A stretch of 20,000 bases of DNA from Gonapodya sp. JEL0774 (Eukaryota). Positions 10,154 to 19,000 of this stretch are shown piece by piece. The notes under the pieces are model-generated. The model saw only the letters and a list, made by a program, of their open reading frames with translations. It was not told the DNA's origin and did not search any database. Both the position numbers and the translations under genes were made by a program. Where the stretch lies: NCBI GenBank assembly GCA_027604505.1, contig JADIIX010000116.1:50582-70581 (forward strand). The letters are read 5' to 3'. Position 1 is the stretch's first letter. Each line of letters starts with the position of its first letter.

Positions 10154-12710
10154 TCACCTCCTCCCCCCGACCTTAGTCTCGGCCATCCGTGCGACCCTAT
10201 CGAACTGGTGGAGACCACGACACAACGGAAACGTGTACCGGAGCGGGACGAGAGCCGGGGGAGGAGGCCGATGAGGATCGCATCGCAATCGACGGCGAAC
10301 CAATCGCGACGCGACGCGACACAACGGAAAGGTCGTGGCGGGACCAAACGTCAAACCGTCAACTCAATGAGTGCTCGAGGCCCCTCACTCCCCCGTCCCC
10401 CAGAACCACCACTCACCTCCTCGAAAAACGCCTCGCCCGCCGACCTCTTCCTTACCCCGACCCCTGCAAGAGCCCCACTCTGTGCCCGAGCGACGGGGAC
10501 GGGCACGGGGACGGGGAAGGTGTGCGTGTGCGTGTGCGTGTGCGTGTGCGTGTGCGTGCCGAGCCCGACGCCCCCGCCCCGTGGGGGCGCTGGGTTTGGG
10601 AGCGACCTGGGATGGTCGTGGGCCCCTGTGGAGAGCGGTCCCTGTCCCGGTGCTTGACGGGTCGCGGATGGCGTTGGCGTGGGTGCCGGTGCCGGTGGAG
10701 GGATCTGGCCCGACGGGCGTGGGGAGGTGCAAGTGCGGCACGAGGCGGCGGGGGCGGGGGCGGGGGCGGTGGCGGTGGGGATCCGTCGCCCCAAGTTTGA
10801 AGGTGCGGGTGCGGGTGCGGGTGCGGCGGCGGCGGCGGCGGCGGCTTCGATCTGGGTCGGGTGGGGGTGGGGGTGGGGCTGGCATGAATGGGTGGGTTGG
10901 TTGGTTGGTTGTTTGGTCGTTGGTTGTGGATGTGAGCCCGAACAAGGTCGGATCGAGTCACAAAAACAAATCAAAAAAGTGAAAGTAAAAATAAAGTCCA
11001 CCGGAACCAGGGGCCAGCGGCCAGCGGCCAGCGGCCCCAGTCGACGTCGAACAGGTCGGTTGAGAAGTACCACCTCCCCCACTCGCTCGCTCGCTCGCGT
11101 CCGTCCGTCCGTCGGGTGTTTTCCCCCCGTCCGTCCGAGCCCACCGCCCACCGCCCTTTTCCCCTCTCCGTGTTCATAATCGGACCCAAGCTTGACCACG
11201 TGTTCCGACCCACTTGAACCCACACACTCCCCAGTCCCCAGTCCCCAGCGCCTCCCCCCCCCCCACCCCCCGCGACCCCGCCCACACGAAAACCCACCTC
11301 GTCCAAAAACGCCTCCACGGCCGTCCGCTTCCTCCCCGTTCCCGTCCCCGTTCCCGTCCCAGGTCCCGTCGGGGTCGGTGTCGGTCTGGGTATGGCCCGA
11401 TCCGGTGGACGCGGGGGCGGGGGCGGGGGAGGGGGAGGGGGCGGGGGACGGGCAGAGAGGAGGTGGAGGTCAGGGCGGGTCGAGTGGTGGAAGGTGGAGG
11501 TGGAGGTGGAGGTGGAAGTGGACTTGACACGGGACAGGGGGGCAGCGGGAGTGGATGTGGTGGTGGTGGGTTTCATGGGAGTGGGGGTGCAGCTGGTTTT
11601 GTCGGTGCATCGGGAACGGGGGATGGCGGTTGGGGCTCTGTATGTTGTGTGGGAACAAGTGTACAAAGCCCGGAAATGAATTTGAGGAGAGGTGACATGA
11701 GCAGGTGCAAGTTCAATTTCAAACAAAACAATATTGAACAACAAGGAAAAACCCCTACCCCCGCACCCGCACCCCCGTTCCCCGGTGACATGAGCAGGTG
11801 CAAGTTCAATTTCAAACAAAGCAATTTCGAACAACAAGGAATAACCCCTGCCCCGCACGCGCACCCGCACTTGCACCAGCACCCCCGTTCCCAAGAACGA
11901 ACGCACCTCAACCTCCCAGCCTTGAGGATAGCCGTGATGGGGTTGGACTTGTCCAAGCTATCCAGTGCGTGGGGTCCACCACCACCGACGTGACTCTTGG
12001 TCCTGCGCCTCTTTCCCGAGGGGTACAGGTCGAGCTGGTGGACGTCGTCGATCTGGACGACGGTGTTTTGAGCCCTGGATCGGGCGAGGGAGGCGTACAT
12101 GGCCTCGAGTTTCTTTGAGGTGGAGAGCTTCTTGGACTCGAGGAGGTGTTTGGAGTGGAAGTAGAGGGAGCGCCAGTCTGTGGGGGTGGTGGGCGGGGTG
12201 GGCGAGTGGTGGGAGGAGAGGGCGGCAGAGGCGGCGAGGGGGAAGTCGCGGAGGCAGTGGGATTTCCAGAGGTCGGAGGTGCGGATGTCGGCTTCGAATT
12301 GCTGGGGTGTGTGTGTGGGGTGTGGTGGTGATGGAGGGGAGGGGGGGATGAGGGAGAGTGGATACATTGGGAACAGTAGGAAATAATTAGGAAGGGGGAG
12401 CACAACAAAAGAGAGAGAAAAAGAGGGTGGGGTGGGGTGGTAGGGAAGGGAGGAAAGGGGGGCCAAGCCGATCGAGGACAAGGAAACGTACTGGATTGTG
12501 CTGCTCTATTCTTTGCAAGTTTTCAGGAGAGCAGGCCATGAGGACAGGTTTGAGAAGGAGAAAGGGAGCGTCGCCGACATGGTTTATTGAATTAGCACAG
12601 GAGCGGAGAGCGGCCTGGCAGAGAGAGACGAGAGAGGGGACGAGGGAGACCGTGGGTGGAGGGTGGGAAGGGGATGGGGAAGGGGAAGGGGAAGGGGGGT
12701 TGGAGGTCAT
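10154..12710 (-). CDS. ELA1: Elongin A (ELA1)-like protein: BC-box plus Elongin A domain, with a long low-complexity C-terminal extension (~479 aa)
   Basis: Exon 1 (12710-12492) has the BC-box VPSLVSLCQAAL, then INHVGDAPFLLLKPVLMACSPENLQRIEQHNP; exon 2 (12301-11907) has DLWKSHCLRDF..DWRSLY, matching the Elongin A domain pattern. Predicted exons 11637-11298, 10851-10417 and 10204-10154 stay in frame through GT-AG introns (total 1440 nt). The 3' exons rest on splice signals and frame only. Confidence 0.8.
10520..10555 (+). repeat. (GTGTGC)6 microsatellite, read as (Thr-His)n in predicted ELA1 exon 4
   Basis: Six perfect hexamer copies. Confidence 0.95.
11691..11892 (+). repeat. Imperfect tandem duplication (~93 and ~109 nt) inside ELA1 intron 2
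   Basis: Copies start at 11691 and 11784 with 37 identical nt (GGTGACATGAGCAGGTGCAAGTTCAATTTCAAACAAA), and both end GCACCCCCGTTCCC. Confidence 0.95.
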
Positions 12711-13108
12711 TGGGAGACAGAGGGACCAATGGGGTGATGGGGTGGCAGATGCAGAGTGAGGGAGGGGGAGAGGGGGAGGGGGGAGAGGGAGAGCGGAGGG
12801 TGCGGATGAACACTTGACCCGCTGTGCTGTGGTCGCCTGTGCTGTGGTCGCCTCTCGTCCCACTCACCACTCACACTCCACTCCACTCCACTCCCCACTC
12901 CCCACTCCCTCACTCCATCCCCTCCATCACCTCACCCCCCATACACCCCCCCCCCCGTTAACCCCCCGCCCCCCCCGGGCCCCCGGCGCCGCGCCCGCGA
13001 CCGCCACAGGGGGGGAGACACCCCGACACNNNNNNNNNNCCTCAAACCCCCAATCCTGGACCCGACCCCCCCCTCCCCCCCCCCCCCTCCCCGCAACTCC
13101 AACACCAA
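12711..13108. promoter_or_regulatory. Probable bidirectional promoter region for ELA1 and GPN1, with a tandem 15-mer CTGTGCTGTGGTCGC x2 at 12822-12851
   Basis: Head-to-head gene starts. The + strand switches from G-rich to C-rich across the tandem 15-mer. Function is inferred from position only. Confidence 0.55.
13030..13039. other. Assembly gap (10 N) between ELA1 and GPN1
   Basis: Run of N in a poly-C context. Confidence 0.99.
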
Positions 13109-15469
13109 AAACCAACCGTCATCATCGTCATCGGAATGGCGGGCTCCGGAAAAACTTCCTTCATTCAACGCCTCTGTGCTCACTTGAACGCGAATCGTGA
13201 TCCCTCTGCTCAATCGTCCAATTTTTACGCCATAAACCTCGACCCTGCAGTTCCCAACGTGCCCTTTCCTGCAAATATAGACATTAGGGATACCGTCAAT
13301 TACAAGGAAGTCATGAAACAGTGAGTTCCAACGGCCCGAGGTGAACGAAGCGAACCGGCCGGAGGTGAGCAAAGCGAACAGGAGGTCGGCCTCGCCCAAG
13401 CGTCAGCGACGGGCAGAGTCCGCCGGAGGCGAATTACCCCCTTTCCTCCTCCGGCCTCGCCCAAGCGTCAGCGACGGGCAGAGTCCGCCGGAGGCGTATT
13501 ACCCCCTTCCTCCATTACCCCCTTCCTCCATTACCCCCTTCCTCCATTATCCCATTCCTCCATTACCCCATTCCTCTACCTCCTTCCTCCGATTCAGCTC
13601 TGAGTTTACCTTTGGGTTTTTCATGGACGTTCTTGCTCGAGAGAGACTCCGGGTCCATCTCATCCGTTTCCACCATCTTCCCTTTTCTCTTATCGCCCCA
13701 CCCTATCCCTTCCCGACTCCCCTTCCCTGCTCCAACCCTTCCCGTCTCCCCTCCCCTGCTCCACGCCACCCCTCTCTCCTCCACTCCACACTCCCCCCTT
13801 TTCCCACCCCTCCCAGATACAACCTCGGCCCCAACGGCGGCATCCTCACCTCCCTCAACCTCTTCACCACAAAGTTCGACCAGGTGCTCGGCATATTGGA
13901 GAAGAGGAGTACGGGTGGGACTGGGTTGAAGTGGGTTTTTGCGGGGGGTTTAAGAGGAGAGTTTAAGGGGGGATTTGGAAGGGTTTGGGGGGGCGGGGTT
14001 CGGGATGAGACAGACAGCGGAGCCCTTGGCGCGTCGACACCGTGGACCCGCCTCCGTGTCTCCTCACTCCCCCCCTCCCCCTTGTCCCCCCACCCCTCAG
14101 ATACATCCTCCTCGACACCCCCGGCCAGATCGAAATCTTCACCTGGTCCGCCTCGGGCCAGATCCTCTCCGAAGCCCTGGCCGCCTCCTTCCCCACCGTG
14201 GTCGTCTACGTCGTCGACACGCCAAGGACAGCCCTGCCCACCACGTTTATGGCCAATATGTTGTATGCGTGTAGGTGGGTTGGAGGGGGTGGATGGGGGG
14301 ATTGGGGGGGGGGTTTGGTGGTTTGGGCGTTTTAGGGGGTATAGGCGTGGCGTTTGGGGGTGTGGGGTTTGGAATGGTGTGACAAGCGGATTGCAGGTGC
14401 ATTCTATTGCGCTCTGACACATGTGATGTGGAGGTGGATTTGGTGGGAAGAGAGGTCGGGGAGGGAAGCCCAGGGAGGGTTTCTGAGATCCTTTCGACGG
14501 CTCCCCACTCGCTCACCCTCACCCCCTTCCCTTCCCCCCCCCCCCAACTCCAGCATCCTCTACAAAACCCGCCTCCCCTTCCTCCTCCTCTTTTCCAAAA
14601 CCGACGTCCTCTCGCCCGCCTTTGCGTTCGACTGGATGCGCGACTACGAGTCCTTCCAGCGTGCCCTGGCCCGGGACACGTCGTATTCGGCCAGTTTGGC
14701 AAACTCCATGTGTCTGGTGCTCGAAGAGTTTTATAAAGAGTTGAGGGTCGTGGGAGTCTCGGCTGTCACGGGGGACGGCATGAAGGAGTTCTTGGACGCC
14801 GTGGAGGGGGGGAGGACGGAGTATGAGAGGTGGGTTTTGCTGTGTGTGTGTGTGTTGGTTGGGGGGGGGAAAGGTTGGAGGTGCGGGTGGGGAGGTGGCG
14901 GTTTTGTGTTGGAGTGCGACACGTGATGTTGTAAATCGTCTTCCGTCGCGCGATGTTGCATGTGGCGCTTTTAAATCGGTACCTCGAACCCGGCGAAACA
15001 CCGAATCACGGAATCACGGCTCCTCCCACGGTGAACCCCCACCTCCTCCTCCTCCCTCCACCCCAACCCCCAACCCCCTCTCAGCGACTACCGCCCCTAC
15101 CTCGCCAAACTTGCCGCGGAACGGCAAGCCCGGGAATCCAAACGGCAGCACGATTCTGTGGCGAAGTTGATGCGGGACTTGAAAGTGACGGGGGGCGAAA
15201 CGGAAAAGGGGCGCGGTGGGGGTGGCGGTGGTGGGGCGGGGGACAAGGGGAAGGGGAAGAAGGAAAAGGACCAGGGAACGGGAAAGAGCAAGTCCACTAC
15301 GCAGGCGGCGAGGGCTGCACGAGGGGCAGCCTTGGGTGGGTTGGCGGTTGTCGGGGGGAGGAGGCAGATGTGGGACGAGGAGGACGGGGATGGGATGGAG
15401 GAGGAGGAGGAGGGGTACAGGGAGGAGGAAGATGAGGATGAGGATGAGGATGAGGATGGGATGGAGGAC
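13109..15469 (+). CDS. GPN1: GPN-loop GTPase 1 (GPN1/NPA3/XAB1), RNA polymerase II biogenesis; start and stop unresolved because of gaps
   Basis: [18 protein letters not shown] (P-loop), [40 protein letters not shown] (GPN motif), [51 protein letters not shown] and an acidic tail. Introns 13321-13816, 13931-14100, 14275-14553 and 14830-15084. Confidence 0.93.
13333..13496 (+). repeat. Nested GC-rich direct repeats with minihairpin motifs in GPN1 intron 1
   Basis: 24-nt unit twice (13333-13356 and 13357-13380, 20/24 identical); identical 45-nt unit twice (13387-13431 and 13452-13496, period 65). Confidence 0.9.
13498..13576 (+). repeat. 16-nt minisatellite (ATTACCCCCTTCCTCC) x ~5 in GPN1 intron 1
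   Basis: Three perfect copies at 13498-13545, two degenerate copies to 13576, and one variant at ~13433-13449. Confidence 0.93.
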
Positions 15470-15479
15470 NNNNNNNNNN
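15470..15479. other. Assembly gap (10 N) in the GPN1 acidic tail
   Basis: Run of N after GAGGAT repeats. Confidence 0.99.
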
Positions 15480-16019
15480 CTCTACTCCGCCCGCGTGTTG
15501 AGCGAGGTGTTGTTGGGTTTTGGGGGGGGGGGGGGGCCGGGTGGTGGGTTGGCGTGGTGGTTGTCTTTTTTGGTTTTGGTTGTGTGGGGGGGTGGCGCGG
15601 CGGGGGGGGGGGGTGCGGGTTGGTGCGACAGAGTACACTATATTCTCACGGTGCCCCGTTGAATACTCATCAATACAATGAATGCATCTCATGTTTCTTC
15701 AAAGTCCACAGACAAACAACCCCACACCTATGCACCCCCAACGGGGGGTGGTTTGGTGCGTTGCGGGTTCATAGGTGCGGGGTTGGTTGTCCATGACCAG
15801 CTAAAAAGTAGCACACAAACGTAATGGGAGGGGGGTTGGGCAGAAGAGGGGATTTGAAATGGGGAAGGAATGGCGCGGGAGACACAAGGTAAATGTGGTG
15901 TTGCCCTTAATATATTCGAATGGGTAAATATACTTTTATGTCAGGTACGTCCAAGCAGTTCACGGCCATAATCCGCCCACTTTTTCCCGCCTTCCTTGAT
16001 CGTCCATTCAAACCCACTC

Positions 16020-19000
16020 ATGACAAGTTCTGTCAGGCGACCGTTGCTGGACCCGTCGCGACAAAGCTGGGAGTCGACGACCACGCTGACGGCAGGACCG
16101 AAAAGCTCGAGCGGGATCGGCCATCTCGGTGAGCCTCTTGCAGTCGGTCAGCACTATGGCTTTGAATGTTTTTCAGTTGTTTGAATGTGAGATCTCTTTT
16201 GCCATCTCAGACGGGGATGGGGGAAGGAGTTCGTTTCTCGACCATCTGCAACGAGTCGCTGTCCAGAACGGGTACAGCGAGAGACAGGTGACACTCATTT
16301 GGCGTGACTTACGCGTTGAAGGAAGCAGAGCATTGACTGAAGAAGGAATATCGACATTTGGCACTGTTGGTATATTGTTGTTCCCTTGTGTCCCTCTAAC
16401 ACCGTTGAGGCATTCAGAAACGCGGGCGCATTATTTTAGGCCTTCCTCGCCTTCTTAAAGCTTCCACTCGCTCCCATCTTCTTTCTCCTCTCCAGACTCA
16501 AAAAACCTTCTGGAGCGAATGCCTCGACTACGCTGCTTCATCAAACTTCCGGTTTTGTGCGACCAGGAGAGATGCTTCTAGGTGAGCTTTTTCGACGTGT
16601 GAACGTTGACTCTCTTGACTACTACCAAAGCGACTGTCTAGTGCTTGGAAAGCCAGATTCGGGAGCCCGGCCGCTGGTACGAGTCCTTGGCAAAACGTCC
16701 GCGAGAGTCGAAAAGCTGTACAGTAAGGTGGATGGGGAAGTGGCGATCAATGGGCTCTCCAGCAGCGAGTTCAAGGTTCGTGGATGAGATTCCGTGAACT
16801 CTTCGGGATCGTCTCTCGTACTCATCCTTGGCTCTCAACCAAATCTTTCTACAATCTCATCTCACCCCACGCATTACATCGCAGAAACGGTATCAAAATG
16901 AAGTGATCTACAGTGGTGGTAAGAGTGATCTTTGACCAAAGACTGCACACGCAGGACTTCCACGATCAATGTGCCTGCTCCGTCCGTCCAGATAGCGACG
17001 TCCACCTTGCGGCCCTCACCGTCCGTCAAATTATCTCCGCAGCTCTCTCGTTTAAAATCGGTCATACAACCTCAGACGACGGCGTGGACGCCGTGAGGGC
17101 CGAGTTCTTGTCTTATTTGGAGAAGTTTCTCGGACTTTCAGTGGCGATGGACACAGTCGTGGGGAGCCAGCTTGTGAGAGGAATAAGTGGCGGTGAGAAA
17201 AAACGATTATCAGGTGAGTTTTGTGGTCGACAGATTAGCATGCAACGTGAGTGGCTAGTGATCAACCGCACGATGAACCTTCTCGTAATCAGTTGCGGAG
17301 CAGATGTCGGGGTCTGCTATGCTTAACATTTGGGATCAAGTAACTAAAGGGCTGGATGCTACGTTCGCACTTCAGATCATGAAAGGTCTGCGACTTGCTT
17401 CAACCACACTCAATCAAACAACAGTTGTGCACAGTAAGTTTGCCCGAATTTCGATCCTCCTTCTTGACGCCCCAATCCCTCTTCCATCTGTCGAAGTCAA
17501 TCAAACCAGTGATCCTATCTTCCAACTCTTTGATCGGGTTCTTCTGCTCGCGCAAGGCCGGACAATCTACTTTGGGCCGGCATCGAGAGCACAAAATTAT
17601 TTCCAAGAACTTGGGTTTCGTATGCTCCCCAGACAAAGCGTACCAGATTTTTTAAACTCGGTCACCGAGCTGAAAGAACGGGTGCTTGCAGACGGTGTCA
17701 AACCTGCTACAGTGCCGTCCTCACCGGTAGAGTTTGAAAAGGCGTGGCTTGCATCTCAGGTATGTTGTAGAATGGGCACTTTGGCTGGAATTGATAACGC
17801 CTCTCATGTATTTCGTCTTTCAAGGATTACCGCTCTATGTTGAGAGACCTCGACTCTGTGCAGAACAAAATCGACTCAGGCGATGTGCTTGAAACCTTTC
17901 AAGCTGCCGAGACTGCCTATCGTCGCGAAAATTTCAGCTCAAACATCACTTCGGTGTTTTCAAGGACGTCGTGGGAGCAGGTACTTCATGGATATCCTGC
18001 GGTTAGAGGGTCTCTACCAGCTCTAAACGGCAACGGTTCAGTTCACAACATCCTTGGCACGTGAATTTAACCTCATGAGAGGAGAGCGAGCACTGCATAT
18101 AGGACAATTAGTCTTTCTCATCATTATTGGTGTTTGTATGGGCACGATCAACCTCAAAATGCCTTTGACAGCTTTGGGGGCATTTTCACGTGGGGGCGTC
18201 CTTTATTTCATTTTGTAAGTTTTATGTTTCTCGTTCGATCGACGATTTTTGGCGAAGCAATATCTTGCCCGTACATTGCATAGACTGATCAATGCCGTAC
18301 AGACACAATCCGAAATATCACGCCTTGTGTCAGAGAGGACCTACATATATAAGCACAAAGAGTGGACATTCTATCACGCGGGTCTTCGATATGTGAGTGC
18401 CACTTGAATTCGAAGTAGGATTCAACTTCTCACACTTTTGCAGATGGCTTGGGTGGTCGCAGACATTCCCATTCGAATAGCATCGACCGCTTGTTTCTCG
18501 GTGGTTTACTGGACGGCCGGATTGAACCCCGACCCTTCTAGATTCCTCACATTCTTGTTGCTGATATTTTTTTCGGGGTTTTCCTACTCATCCTTCAGTC
18601 GGTGAGAGTAAGTGTCCTGCAATCTTGTGCTTACATTCAGTAACTTCCCAGTTGCCAAGGTTTCTCGCAGCTGCTTCACCCAGCGCCATCGTTGCGGCCC
18701 AGCTCAGTGCTCTCTGGATTGTTCCAAATTTTATTTATTTGGGTTATATGATTCCGTATTCTGCTGTGAAACCATGGCTCAAGTGGTAAGTACATTCCCG
18801 TGGGCGGTTGCTGATTCGATGAAGGCATGAAGAAACTTTTGACGATTGTGAAAGGTTTGTGTGGATCACGCCACTGAGCTATTCATTTCGAGGTAGGAGT
18901 TTCTACTTTCAATTCGATGAGTTCAAATTTTGATACTCTTGGACGATAGCTTTGATGGCGAATGAGTTCCGAGGCCTTACCTTCGAATGCACTGGGGAAT

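Noticed and set aside
10218..10330. 14-nt direct repeat CGACACAACGGAAA (10218-10231 and 10317-10330) in the last ELA1 intron as a target-site duplication
   Set aside because: No terminal inverted repeats or other element features are visible between the copies; too little evidence.
10058..12863. Many long overlapping ORFs on both strands, including Cys-rich (CV)n, (CA)n and CWCKCGCACG peptides
   Set aside because: Stop codons are scarce in GC-rich low-complexity DNA. These are alternative frames, antisense reads or intron read-through of ELA1, with no domain signal.
13387..13576. CRISPR-like repeat-spacer array
   Set aside because: Only two long repeats, the intervening sequence is itself the minisatellite unit, the context is a eukaryotic intron, and there are no cas genes.
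13498..13576. Interstitial telomeric repeat
   Set aside because: The 16-nt unit does not match TTAGGG-type repeats and the telomere sequence of this organism is unknown; it is treated as a local minisatellite.
13341..14417. 358-aa ORF as a separate gene
   Set aside because: It reads through GPN1 introns; only 13817-13930 is in the real coding frame.
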